Shown here: positions 37,596 through 47,070 of the stretch, piece by piece | Numbering within the stretch: position 1 is the stretch's first letter | Layout: every line of letters begins with the position of its first letter | Assembly (NCBI GenBank): GCA_038231455.1 | Contig: JBBRLI010000006.1 | Coordinates: 96,001-160,000 of the forward strand | DNA length: 64,000 nucleotides | Reading direction: 5' to 3' | Origin: Vulcanimicrobiales bacterium | GTDB taxonomy: Bacteria; Vulcanimicrobiota; Vulcanimicrobiia; Vulcanimicrobiales; Vulcanimicrobiaceae | Notes under the pieces: generated by a model | The model's input: only the letters and a program-made list of their open reading frames with translations | What the model was told of the DNA's origin: nothing | Databases searched by the model: none | Program-made: the position numbers and the translations under genes

Positions 37596-38755
37596 AACTG
37601 CGTGTGGCCTTTGCGGGCGGCGGAACGGGCGGCCATATCTATCCGGCGCTTGGGATCGACGATGCCATACGCGCCCAGTTCGCACCGGAGGCGTACGAGG
37701 CGGAATTTTTCGGAAACGCGGGCGGCCTCGAACGCGATCTCGTGCCGAGCTTCATCCCGCTTGCGTTCGTTCCGAGCGCGCCGTTGCAGCGCAAGTTTTC
37801 GTTCGGCACGCTACGCACGATCGCGCTGAACGCCGCAGGCGTTGTTGCAGCGATGGCACAGCTTGCGCGTTTCAAACCACTCATGGTCATCGCAACGGGT
37901 GGATATGTCTGTTTCCCTGTCGTCGTAGCCGCGCGGATATTACGGACGTTGCGCGTCGTACGCTGTGGTATTGCGCTGCTTGAAATCAACGCGACTCCCG
38001 GCTTGACGAATCGACTGCTCGCGCCGCTGGTCGATGAAGTGTGGATCACGTATGCAGCATCGGCCGCGCTTTTCGGCAAGAAAGCGGTCCTCACCGGAAC
38101 GCCTACGCGCGCGTCGCTGCGCCGGCGTCACGTCGCCTCCGAAGCGCGCGCGCGGCTTGGTTTGAGTCCGACGAAGACCACGATCGTTGCGATGGGCGGA
38201 AGCCAAGGCGCGCGCTCGATCAACGAAGCGATCGCGGCCCTTGTGACGCGCCGTAGTCTTCAATCGAATTGGCAAGTGCTGCACGTCAGCGGTGCGCGCG
38301 ATTATGCTTACATGCAGGCGGAAGAACGCGAGCTTGCCGAGGGCAACACCGTGCGGCTCGTCGAGTATCTCGCCGACCCGACCGATGCGTATGCAGCCGC
38401 CGATGTTGTGATCGCGCGCGCGGGTGCCTCGACGCTCGCCGAACTTGCCGTGACGGGTACGCCCGCCATCCTTATCCCCTATCCGTTCGCCGCTGAGGCG
38501 CACCAGCAGAAAAACGCCGAACTTTTTGCGGCAGCCGGTGCCGCAACGATCGTTGATGATGGCAAGCTCGATGGCGACAAACTGTGGTGGGCGCTCCTTG
38601 AGGTGCTCGCGCCGGAAGAACAGCGCACGATGCGTGCGGCGATGCGCGCGCTTGCGCCGGCGGATGCGGGAGCCGCGATTGTGAGCCGGATTCAAACCTT
38701 AATTCCCGCGCGGGTGATCGAGAAGACCCCTTCGAACGAGACATCCCGTGGTTAA
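37592..38755 (+). CDS. murG: Lipid I N-acetylglucosaminyltransferase
   Basis: GGGTGGHIYP, GGY, GGSQGA, RAGAST..E, HQ..NA. Confidence 0.97.
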   Translation: MKLRVAFAGGGTGGHIYPALGIDDAIRAQFAPEAYEAEFFGNAGGLERDLVPSFIPLAFVPSAPLQRKFSFGTLRTIALNAAGVVAAMAQLARFKPLMVIATGGYVCFPVVVAARILRTLRVVRCGIALLEINATPGLTNRLLAPLVDEVWITYAASAALFGKKAVLTGTPTRASLRRRHVASEARARLGLSPTKTTIVAMGGSQGARSINEAIAALVTRRSLQSNWQVLHVSGARDYAYMQAEERELAEGNTVRLVEYLADPTDAYAAADVVIARAGASTLAELAVTGTPAILIPYPFAAEAHQQKNAELFAAAGAATIVDDGKLDGDKLWWALLEVLAPEEQRTMRAAMRALAPADAGAAIVSRIQTLIPARVIEKTPSNETSRG

Positions 38756-40133
38756 CGGAGGGGTCCATCTCGTCGGAATCGGCGGGATCGGCATGAGCGC
38801 GATCGCGCGCCTGCTACTCGCAACGGGCGAGCGCGTGTACGGTTCGGATGTGCGACGCACGCCGCTAATCGAGGCGCTCGAACGCGAAGGTGCCAAGATT
38901 GCGATCGGTCACCGCGCGGAGAACGTCGGCGACGTACGTTTACTCGTCGTCAGTTCGGCGATTCGGCCGGACAACCCGGAGTATATGGCCGCACAGCAGC
39001 GCCAGATTCCGATCGTCGTACGGGGCGAAATGCTCGCGCGGATCATCGGCCCGCGACAGACGCTCGCCATCGCCGGAACGCACGGCAAGACGACGACGAC
39101 CGCCATGGCCGCCTCGATTTTTGAAGACGCCGGATTCGATCCGACGATCGCCGTCGGGGGCGAACGCATCGATACACAGAACAACGCGCGCGCCGGTGCC
39201 GGTGTGTGGTTCATCACCGAAGCCGATGAGAGCGACGGAACGTTTCTCGCGCTTTCCCCGACGATCGCCGTCGTCACGAATATCGAGAACGACCATATCG
39301 CAAACGATACCGAGATGGCCGGACTGATCGATCAGTTCATGACGTTTCTTGGCAAAGTTCCGGAAGCGGGCTCGGCGGTCGTCGGGATCGATAACCGCCA
39401 TTCCGCCGCACTTGCCGCAAAGCTGAAAGCGCCCAACGTGCGGACGTTCGCAACGCGCGATTCGGCAGCGACCTATTTTGCGCGAAACATTCGATACGAT
39501 GGACTCGGTTCGCGCTTCGAGCTTATCGAGCGCGGCGAATTGCTCGGTGAGATCGACCTGCGCGTCCCCGGCGAGATCAACGTGATGAATGCGCTTGCAG
39601 CCGCGGCCGTGTCCCGCGCGGCCGGTGTGGATTTTGCGAGTATCGCGCGCGCCCTCGCGGGTTTTGGCGGTGTGCGGCGGCGCTTTGAGGTCGTCGGACG
39701 CTCGGAGCGCATGACCGTCATCGATGATTACGCGCACCATCCGACGGCCGTCGAACAGACGATTGCCGCCGCGCGCCGGGTGACGACGGCGAAAATCGTC
39801 GTCGCATTTCAGCCGCACCGCTATACGCGCACGAAGTATCTGGCCGCTGATTTCGCGCGCGCGCTTTCCGGCGCCGACTGCGTCTATCTCGCGCCGGTCT
39901 ACGCCGCGGCGGAAGATCCGATTCCCGGCGTGAGCGAACGCTCGATCGGCGATCCGCTTGCAGCGGCTGGGACCGATGTTCGGTACGTCGAGGATGTCGA
40001 AGCCCTTATTCCGACGTTGAGGGCCGAAGCGCCGTCGGGCGCACTCGTACTCATGCTCGGCGCCGGTTCGATTTCGAACGTCGCACACCGACTCGGTGAG
40101 GCGATCGATGCGCCGCGAGCCGTGGCTCCGTGA
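38748..40133 (+). CDS. murC: UDP-MurNAc:L-Ala ligase
   Basis: GIGGIGMS, GTHGKTTTT, EADESD, DDYAHHPT, FQPHRYTR. Confidence 0.97.
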   Translation: MVNGGVHLVGIGGIGMSAIARLLLATGERVYGSDVRRTPLIEALEREGAKIAIGHRAENVGDVRLLVVSSAIRPDNPEYMAAQQRQIPIVVRGEMLARIIGPRQTLAIAGTHGKTTTTAMAASIFEDAGFDPTIAVGGERIDTQNNARAGAGVWFITEADESDGTFLALSPTIAVVTNIENDHIANDTEMAGLIDQFMTFLGKVPEAGSAVVGIDNRHSAALAAKLKAPNVRTFATRDSAATYFARNIRYDGLGSRFELIERGELLGEIDLRVPGEINVMNALAAAAVSRAAGVDFASIARALAGFGGVRRRFEVVGRSERMTVIDDYAHHPTAVEQTIAAARRVTTAKIVVAFQPHRYTRTKYLAADFARALSGADCVYLAPVYAAAEDPIPGVSERSIGDPLAAAGTDVRYVEDVEALIPTLRAEAPSGALVLMLGAGSISNVAHRLGEAIDAPRAVAP

Positions 40134-41086
40134 CCGCTGCAACGACGGCAAACCCGAGCGTGCTCGAGCCGCGCGACCGCGACGAACTCCGCGCGTACTT
40201 CGGCGATCGCGCGCGATTCGACGAACCGCTCGCAGCCTACACCTGGTGGAAAATCGGCGGCCCTGCCGATGCCTACATCAGCGTTGAAACCAGCGACGAT
40301 CTCGCGTTCGTCATGCGCCTATGCCTGCGTCGTCGGCTGCCGTGGTTCGTGCTCGGAAACGGTTCGAACGTGCTCGTCGGCGACGGTGGGATGCGGGGTC
40401 TGGTCTTGCGACTAGGCGGCGACTTTGGCGCGATCGATTTTGCGGACGGCGATGACGCCAAGGTCGTCGTGACCGCCGGTGCATCCGCCTCGTTGCCGCA
40501 GCTCGTCGCGCAAGCGGCCTCGCGCGGCGCGATCGGCATCGATGGACTCGCGGGCGTGCCCGGCACGGTTGGCGGCTCGCTCTTCATGAACGCCGGGACG
40601 GATCGCGAGATCGGCGAGTTCGTGCGCGAAGTGCACGTGCATACGCTCAATAAACCCGACGCACATCCGGTGAGCGTGCAGTATTACTACCGCCACACCA
40701 CGCTCGAACGCGACGCGATCGTCTCGCGCGTGGTGCTCGCCTTCGATCGCGGCGAGGTCGCGGAGGTTCGCGAGCGTCTACAAGACCGGCTGATCCGCCG
40801 CAAGGCCACGCAGCCGCTGCAGTGGCCCAATGCCGGGTCGTGTTTTCGAAATCCGGCAGGCGATAAGGCCGGGCGGCTCATTGAGGCCGTCGGGGCAAAG
40901 GGCTGGCGCGTCGGTGGGTCGGAAGTCTCCGGTGTGCACGCCAACTTCATCGTCAACACCGGTGGCGCTTCGGCCTTGGATGTGACCACGCTCCTCGCGC
41001 GCGTGCGCCGCGCCGTCGGCGATAAGTTCGGCATCGACTTACAACTCGAAGTGCATCTTGTCGGAGAATTCGTTGCCGAAACGTAA
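40130..41086 (+). CDS. murB: UDP-N-acetylenolpyruvoylglucosamine reductase
   Basis: KIGGPAD, GNGSNVL, PGTVGG..MNAG, AGSCFRNP, HANFIVN. Confidence 0.96.
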   Translation: MTAATTANPSVLEPRDRDELRAYFGDRARFDEPLAAYTWWKIGGPADAYISVETSDDLAFVMRLCLRRRLPWFVLGNGSNVLVGDGGMRGLVLRLGGDFGAIDFADGDDAKVVVTAGASASLPQLVAQAASRGAIGIDGLAGVPGTVGGSLFMNAGTDREIGEFVREVHVHTLNKPDAHPVSVQYYYRHTTLERDAIVSRVVLAFDRGEVAEVRERLQDRLIRRKATQPLQWPNAGSCFRNPAGDKAGRLIEAVGAKGWRVGGSEVSGVHANFIVNTGGASALDVTTLLARVRRAVGDKFGIDLQLEVHLVGEFVAET

Positions 41087-42005
41087 GATCGCCGTCGTCA
41101 TGGGCGGTCCGAGTGCCGAACGTGAAGTCTCGATCGCAACGGGGAACGGCGTTATGCGCGCGCTCGATAAACTCGGGTACGATGCGCGTTCGCTCGACTT
41201 CGATGCGCGCTTCATCGAAGCGCTGCGCGAACTCGAACCCGATGTCGTCTTTAACGCGTTGCACGGCAAAGGCGGCGAAGACGGTCAACTGCAAGGCATC
41301 CTCGAGTGGATGGGACTTGCCTACACCGGCAGTGACCTTGCGGGCTGCGCCCTTGCAATGGACAAGCACAACACCAAGAAGTTACTCGCCGCCGAAGGTC
41401 TGCCGACGCCGGCTTGGGACACCTATGACTTGCGCGGCGGTACGCTGCCGTTGCTGCCGGGTTCGCTGAATTTGCCGCTCGTCGTAAAACCGCGCGCGGA
41501 TGGATCGAGCGTCGGCGTTACGATGGTGAAGACGCACGAACAGTGGACGGCCGCGATGATCGGCGCTGCCGCGCGCACGAACGACGTGCTCGCGGAAGAA
41601 TATATTCCGGGCCGCGAATTCTCGTGCGGGATTTTGGGCGAAGAAGCGCTGCCGGTCGTCGAGATTGCCGCGAGCGACGAGTTTTATACGTACGACGCAA
41701 AATACAAGCCCGGCGGCAGCCGCCATTACGTTCCCGCGCCGATCGATCCGGATCTCGCATCGCGCTTGCAGATGCTCGCGCTCTCGGTGCATCGCCTCAT
41801 CGGCCTGCGTGACTATTCACGCACCGATTTCATCGTGACCAAAGAAGGCCGCCCGTATATTTTGGAGATCAACGCACTGCCGGGCCTGACGCCCTCGAGC
41901 CTCTTGCCCGATGAGTGCAACGCGATCGGCATTTCATACGAAGCGCTCATCGATCGCCTCGTCGGATATGCCGACGGCCGGAGAAGCATCGCGCTAACGA
42001 CCTAA
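41073..42005 (+). CDS. ddl: D-alanine--D-alanine ligase
   Basis: GGPSAEREVS, LHG..GEDG, GSSVG, FYTYDAKY, LEINALPGLT; TTG 41073 with GGAG RBS. Confidence 0.96.
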   Translation: MPKRKIAVVMGGPSAEREVSIATGNGVMRALDKLGYDARSLDFDARFIEALRELEPDVVFNALHGKGGEDGQLQGILEWMGLAYTGSDLAGCALAMDKHNTKKLLAAEGLPTPAWDTYDLRGGTLPLLPGSLNLPLVVKPRADGSSVGVTMVKTHEQWTAAMIGAAARTNDVLAEEYIPGREFSCGILGEEALPVVEIAASDEFYTYDAKYKPGGSRHYVPAPIDPDLASRLQMLALSVHRLIGLRDYSRTDFIVTKEGRPYILEINALPGLTPSSLLPDECNAIGISYEALIDRLVGYADGRRSIALTT

Positions 42006-42006
42006 T

Positions 42007-42576
42007 GTGATTTTCAAGATCGCGGCTTTCGTCATCCCGCTTGGATTCGATACGCTGGCGGTTGCAATTGCGTTGGGTCTGCGGCGGGTGCCGCCGCTTC
42101 GCCCTGCGATTGCGTTCGCATTTTTCGAGGCATTCATGCCGCTCGTCGGATTGATCCTGGGGTATTTCGTTGGGGCACGATTCGAATCGATCGCAACAAT
42201 CGCCGGCGGCGTCGTGCTGCTCGGGGTCGCCGCGTATGTGTTCAAAGAGTTTCTTGATGATGACGATGAGTCCGAAGCGATGTCGTTTGACTCGGTCCGG
42301 GGAGCGATGCTCGCCGGGGTTGGCATTTCGCTCGACGAGCTTGCGATCGGTTTCCCCATGGGCACGATCGGCGTTCCGATCGCACTCACGCTGGCGGCGA
42401 TCGCCGCCCAAGCGTTCACGGTTACGTTCATCGGTATTGCGATCGGGAAGAAAATCGGTGAGGCCTTCGGTAAGCGTGCCGGCAAAATCGCAACGCTGGC
42501 CGCAGCGGTATGCTTCGGGGCGCTTGGTGCGTATCTCATCGCGCAGCGGATCGTCCCGGGTTTGCCGCAGATCTAA
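42007..42576 (+). CDS. mntP: MntP family manganese efflux pump
   Basis: Two D.LA(V/I) repeats (GFDTLAVA, SLDELAIG), FE..MP.VG, about 6 TM. Confidence 0.8.
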   Translation: MIFKIAAFVIPLGFDTLAVAIALGLRRVPPLRPAIAFAFFEAFMPLVGLILGYFVGARFESIATIAGGVVLLGVAAYVFKEFLDDDDESEAMSFDSVRGAMLAGVGISLDELAIGFPMGTIGVPIALTLAAIAAQAFTVTFIGIAIGKKIGEAFGKRAGKIATLAAAVCFGALGAYLIAQRIVPGLPQI

Positions 42577-42680
42577 CCGGCGAGCGGCGGATACACTGTC
42601 CGAGCCGCCTGCTTCAATTGGCAGGCAGGGTAGCTGAAATTGGATGGATTCCCTACCGGGCACCGAATTTTCCGCACGTT

Positions 42681-43907
42681 ATGCCAGGTACAATCGTCGA
42701 TCGTGGTCTTGAAGGCGTCATCGTTGGAAATACGGAGCTCTCGAACGTCGAGGGTATCGAGGGTCGCCTCACCTATCGCGGGTTCGATATTCACGATCTC
42801 GCCCCGAGCGCCAGCTTCGAAGAAGTCGCCTATTTGCTGCTCTTCGGTCAGCTGCCGAACAAGTTCCAACTCGAAGATCTCAAAGTGCGCCTGGCGGCCA
42901 ACCGCATGTTGCCGCAACCGCTGATCGATATGATGCACGCAATTCCGAAGTCGGCCTGGCCGATGGACGTTCTGCGCTCGATGATCTCCTCGATCGCGCA
43001 CTTCGTTCCGCATCTCGAAGACGGTTCGCACGCCTCCAACCCGCGTCAGGCCATTCACCTAATCGCGAAGACGCCGACGATCGTCGCTGCTTGGGATCGT
43101 ATCCGTCGCGGACTCGAGCCGATCGAACCGCGTCTCGAGCTCTCGACCGCCGCGAACTTCCTCTACATGCGCACGGGTGAAGTGCCGCTGAAGGCCGCCG
43201 AGCGCGCGCTCGACACGTATTTCGTGCTGCTTGCCGATCACTCGTACAACGCCTCGACCTTCGCAGCGCGCGTGTGTGCCTCGACCCGTGCTGACATTTT
43301 TGCCGCTGCAACCAGTGCCGTCGCAACGCTCGAAGGCGATCTGCACGGTGGTGCGCCGGGCAAAGTGATGAGCATGCTTCTCGAAATCGGCAAGCCCGAA
43401 CGTGCTGAAATCTACGTGCGCGATTTGCTCGCGCGCGGCGAGAAAATCATGGGCATGGGCCACCGCGAGTACAAAATTCGTGACCCCCGTGCGCAGCATC
43501 TCGAAGTGATGGCCAAGGCCCTTGGAGAGGCGACCGATCCGCGCTGGTTCGAAATCGCGCGTGCACTCGAAGATGCCTCGAATAAAGTGCTGCAAGAAGT
43601 CAAACCGGGCCGCCGCATTTACGCAAACGTCGAATTCTACACCGCGCCGACACTCTTTAGCCTGGGCATCCCGGCCGATGAATTCACGTGTATGTTTGCC
43701 TGCGGCCGCATGGCGGGCTGGACGGCCCACATCCTCGAACAACTTGGCGACAACCGCCTGATCCGTCCCCAAGCAACGTACGTCGGCCCGCCGCTCATGC
43801 CGTGGGTTCCGATCGAAAACCGCGGCCGCTCGACCTTTACCGGCACGCCGGCCTCGGTCGGTGCGGGCAACGGAAATGGCCATGCGAAAGCCGAGGTCGC
43901 GTCCTGA
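42681..43907 (+). CDS. Citrate/2-methylcitrate synthase family protein (CitA-like)
   Basis: GLEG, LTYRG, ADHSYNASTF, LHGGA, GMGHR, DPR, NVEFY. Confidence 0.92.
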   Translation: MPGTIVDRGLEGVIVGNTELSNVEGIEGRLTYRGFDIHDLAPSASFEEVAYLLLFGQLPNKFQLEDLKVRLAANRMLPQPLIDMMHAIPKSAWPMDVLRSMISSIAHFVPHLEDGSHASNPRQAIHLIAKTPTIVAAWDRIRRGLEPIEPRLELSTAANFLYMRTGEVPLKAAERALDTYFVLLADHSYNASTFAARVCASTRADIFAAATSAVATLEGDLHGGAPGKVMSMLLEIGKPERAEIYVRDLLARGEKIMGMGHREYKIRDPRAQHLEVMAKALGEATDPRWFEIARALEDASNKVLQEVKPGRRIYANVEFYTAPTLFSLGIPADEFTCMFACGRMAGWTAHILEQLGDNRLIRPQATYVGPPLMPWVPIENRGRSTFTGTPASVGAGNGNGHAKAEVAS

Positions 43908-44494
43908 TCGATTCACGCACCGCCACTATCGAACGCGCCACCAAAGAGACGCAGATTACGCTGCGCCTCGCGCTCGACGGCGGCCCCATCGCCATCGACA
44001 CGGACGTGTCATTTCTCAATCACATGCTCGATGCGTTTGCCAAACACAGTGGCTGCGGTCTGACGATCACGGCGCGCGGCGACGGCATGGACCATCACCA
44101 CGTGATTGAGGACGTCGGCATCGCGCTTGGCAAAGCGATCTACGATGCGCTCGGCGAGAAGCGCGGCATCGCACGATTTGGCTCCTGCCTTGTGCCGCTC
44201 GACGATGCGCTCGTCGCAGCGAGTATCGATCTTTCCGGCCGCGCCTACCTGAATTTCAACGTGAAGTTCACCGGCGTTGAGAATCTCGGCGATCTCAAAA
44301 CCGAGATGATTCGCGAGTTTTTCCGCGCCCTCACCGATAACGGCCGGTTCAATCTGCACCTCGTGCAGATGAACGGCGACGTTGCGCACCATCTATGCGA
44401 GGCCAGCTTCAAAGCCTTTGCCCGCGCGTTCGCGCAGGCAAAGGCACTCACCGGTACCGGTGAGGTTCTCTCCACCAAAGGCCTGCTGGAGTAG
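43904..44494 (+). CDS. hisB: Imidazoleglycerol-phosphate dehydratase
   Basis: R.TKETQI, FLNHML, DHHHVIEDVGI, HHLCEA.FKA, STKG; no ATG/GTG/TTG at the expected start (CTG 43904 or ATC 43907). Confidence 0.93.
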   Translation: MIDSRTATIERATKETQITLRLALDGGPIAIDTDVSFLNHMLDAFAKHSGCGLTITARGDGMDHHHVIEDVGIALGKAIYDALGEKRGIARFGSCLVPLDDALVAASIDLSGRAYLNFNVKFTGVENLGDLKTEMIREFFRALTDNGRFNLHLVQMNGDVAHHLCEASFKAFARAFAQAKALTGTGEVLSTKGLLE

Positions 44495-44512
44495 ACGCTC
44501 GCGGCAACGTCG

Positions 44513-45670
44513 CTACTTCGCTGAGGTCGGTCGGATGCGGTAGATTTTGCCGCCTTTATCATCGGAGACGAAGAGGTCGCCTTTGGGTCCGACCGCAACG
44601 CCCGTCGGGCGCATCGCACGGGAGCCATCGCTCATCTGCAAACCGCCGACGAATTCCGTCCACTGCGTGTCGGGATTCGACCAGTCCACCGCTTTACTCG
44701 GTTCGTCGCCGTGCATCGCGATGAACGCTACGCGCGGCGGTACGGCGGGTTTGTGCCACGAGCCGTGCAGTGCAACGAAAAGTCCGCCGCGATAGGCTTT
44801 GGGAAATGCATGCGGACCATCCATCTTCGCGGGATAGAACGTCGCGCCGATCGGCGTGTCGTACGCCGGAAGCACGACGCGCGGCACGACGACATCGCCA
44901 CACGCGCGTTTTGCATTTGGTACGCTCTTGCGATCTTCGTAACAGTAGGGCCAGCCGTAGTCGGCCGTTCCCGGATGCGCGGTCACGGCATCGACGATTT
45001 CATACGGATGGCCGTGCGGCTGAATCTCGTCTTGTCCGGCAACGCCCGCCCAGAGCATCCCCGAATCCGGATTGACCGCAAGTGCGATCGCGTTGCGAAT
45101 GTGTTCGGCGCGCGGATGAATCCCCGAACCATCCGGTTTCATCTCTTGAATGGTTGCGCGCGTTGCGTCGAGTTCGGGATCGCATACGTTGCACGACGAG
45201 CCAACGCTCGCAAAGAGATTGCCGCCGGTAAATGCAAGCGTCGTGGTCACGTGATCGCTCGACACGCCATTCGTGCGAACCGACGCGATCTTTACCGCCG
45301 GACCGCGCGGCGTGCGGTCGCCGACTTTATACGGAAGCCGATAGACGCCGAACTGACCGCCGATGTAGAGCCAATCGCCGTGCACGAGCACGCCCGCGGT
45401 CGGGCTATCCTCGATCGTCGTGAACTCTTTTGCCTCACCCGGCGTCTCGTCGGCGCTGGGCACGACGTAGACGCTGTTCTTGTACGTCCCGACGAACAGG
45501 TCGCCGTTGGGTGCAACGCTGAGTTCGCGTGCGTTTGGGACGTTCGCGATCGCGGTGATCGTGAATCCCGCCGGAACTTTCGGAAATTGCTCCTGCGCGA
45601 GTGCGGGGCGTTGCGGGCCGAGGGTCGCGGCAAGCGCGGTAAGGGCTACAAGTGTAAGAAGTCGACGCAT
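44513..45670 (-). CDS. Secreted glucose/sorbosone dehydrogenase-like beta-propeller protein
   Basis: Signal peptide; VPAGF, SVGSSCN, IRNA, DYGWPYC, ALHGSW, RPTGV..G..GDLFVSDD. Confidence 0.88.
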   Translation of the reverse strand: MRRLLTLVALTALAATLGPQRPALAQEQFPKVPAGFTITAIANVPNARELSVAPNGDLFVGTYKNSVYVVPSADETPGEAKEFTTIEDSPTAGVLVHGDWLYIGGQFGVYRLPYKVGDRTPRGPAVKIASVRTNGVSSDHVTTTLAFTGGNLFASVGSSCNVCDPELDATRATIQEMKPDGSGIHPRAEHIRNAIALAVNPDSGMLWAGVAGQDEIQPHGHPYEIVDAVTAHPGTADYGWPYCYEDRKSVPNAKRACGDVVVPRVVLPAYDTPIGATFYPAKMDGPHAFPKAYRGGLFVALHGSWHKPAVPPRVAFIAMHGDEPSKAVDWSNPDTQWTEFVGGLQMSDGSRAMRPTGVAVGPKGDLFVSDDKGGKIYRIRPTSAK

Positions 45671-45730
45671 GCACTGAATGTACCCGAAAGATGCCCCGGA
45701 ACTCCTCGCTCGGTGGCGAAAAAGTCGAGC

Positions 45731-46342
45731 GTGAACGACGATCGGATTGCTGTCATCGACTATGGCGGCGGGAACATGGGCTCGCTGCGTTCTGCGCTAG
45801 CGCGCCGGCAGGCGCAATTTTTCATCACCGAGGATCCGGCGCAACTCGCGCACGCACGCGCGGCGATCCTCCCGGGCGATGGCGCCTTCGGTGCGACGAT
45901 GGCGGCCTTGGCGGAGCGCGGTCTCGATCGCGCGATCGTCGCGCACATCGCGAGGGGGAAACCGTTCCTCGGTATCTGCGTTGGCATGCAAGTGCTCTTT
46001 GCCGAGAGTGACGAGTACGGTGGACATGCGGGACTGAACATTTTTCCGGGTGTCGTTCGCCGCTTCGTCGATGCGCCGCGCGTGCCGCACATGGGCTGGA
46101 ACGATCTGCGCGTCGACCGTTCGCATCCGTTCGTCACCGGCGTCGCAAGCGGCGACTATGCGTATTTCTTGCATTCGTATCGTGTGGTGGAAAGCGATGT
46201 GACGCTTGCCTCGTGCGAATACGGGGAGCGTTTCGCGGCAATCGTCGCGCGCGACAACGTGATGGCAACGCAATTTCATCCCGAGAAAAGTCAGACAACG
46301 GGGGCGATCTTGCTCGATAACTTCATTCGGATCGCGGCTTGA
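45731..46342 (+). CDS. hisH: Imidazole glycerol phosphate synthase, glutaminase subunit
   Basis: IDYGGGN, LPGDGAF, LGICVGMQ, PHMGWN, QFHPEKS. Confidence 0.96.
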   Translation: MNDDRIAVIDYGGGNMGSLRSALARRQAQFFITEDPAQLAHARAAILPGDGAFGATMAALAERGLDRAIVAHIARGKPFLGICVGMQVLFAESDEYGGHAGLNIFPGVVRRFVDAPRVPHMGWNDLRVDRSHPFVTGVASGDYAYFLHSYRVVESDVTLASCEYGERFAAIVARDNVMATQFHPEKSQTTGAILLDNFIRIAA

Positions 46343-47070
46343 GAGCGCTCACGATCGTGCCCGCGATCGACCTGCGCGGCGGCCGCTGCGTGCGTCTCGA
46401 ACGCGGCGATCCCAACCGCGAGCGCAGCTACGGCGACGATCCGGTCGCCCGTGCTCGCACCTTCATCGACGCGGGAGCGCAGCGGCTGCACGTCGTCGAT
46501 CTCGACGGCGCATTCGGTACGGGTGAAAATCTCGAAGCGTTGCGCGCGATCTGCGCTGCAGTCGACGTTCCGGTGCAAACCGGCGGCGGTATTCGTCGTG
46601 CCGAAGACGTGCAGACGAAGATCGACGCGGGCGCAACCGCGGTGATCGTGGGGACGCTGCTCGTCGAAGCGCCGGATGTCGTCCGCGAACTCATCGCGAT
46701 GCATCCCGGCCGCATCATCGCGGGCATCGACGCGCGCGGCGACCGCGTCGCGACGCGCGGCTGGCTTGCGGATGCCGAGCGTTCGCGCGATGAACTCGTT
46801 CGGGACGTGGCAGCGTGGGGAATCGATCGCGTGATTTACACGGAAATCGCGCGCGACGGTATGGGCAGCGGATACGATCTCGCCGCGCTCGCACACGTCG
46901 CCGGACTCTCGCCGATGCGCGTTACGGCTAGCGGCGGCGCAAAATCACTCGACGATCTGCGCGCGCTCGCAGAGCAAACCCCGGCAAGCGTCGATCACGC
47001 GATTGTCGGCCGTGCGCTCTATGAAGGCACGCTCGACCTCCGCGAAGCGCTCGCGGCGCTCGCGAGTTAG
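46339..47070 (+). CDS. hisA: ProFAR isomerase
   Basis: PAIDL.GG.CVRL, LHVVDLDGA, QTGGGIR, T.I.RDG, SGG, GRALY. Confidence 0.96.
   Translation: MRALTIVPAIDLRGGRCVRLERGDPNRERSYGDDPVARARTFIDAGAQRLHVVDLDGAFGTGENLEALRAICAAVDVPVQTGGGIRRAEDVQTKIDAGATAVIVGTLLVEAPDVVRELIAMHPGRIIAGIDARGDRVATRGWLADAERSRDELVRDVAAWGIDRVIYTEIARDGMGSGYDLAALAHVAGLSPMRVTASGGAKSLDDLRALAEQTPASVDHAIVGRALYEGTLDLREALAALAS

Noticed and set aside
41073-42005. D-Ala-D-Lac (vancomycin-resistance) ligase
   Set aside because: Omega loop FYTYDAKY keeps the Tyr typical of D-Ala-D-Ala ligases; housekeeping dcw context
44711-45730. 543-aa HisH fusion suggested by the ORF track
   Set aside because: The extension is the antisense of the dehydrogenase gene; HisH homology starts at GTG 45731
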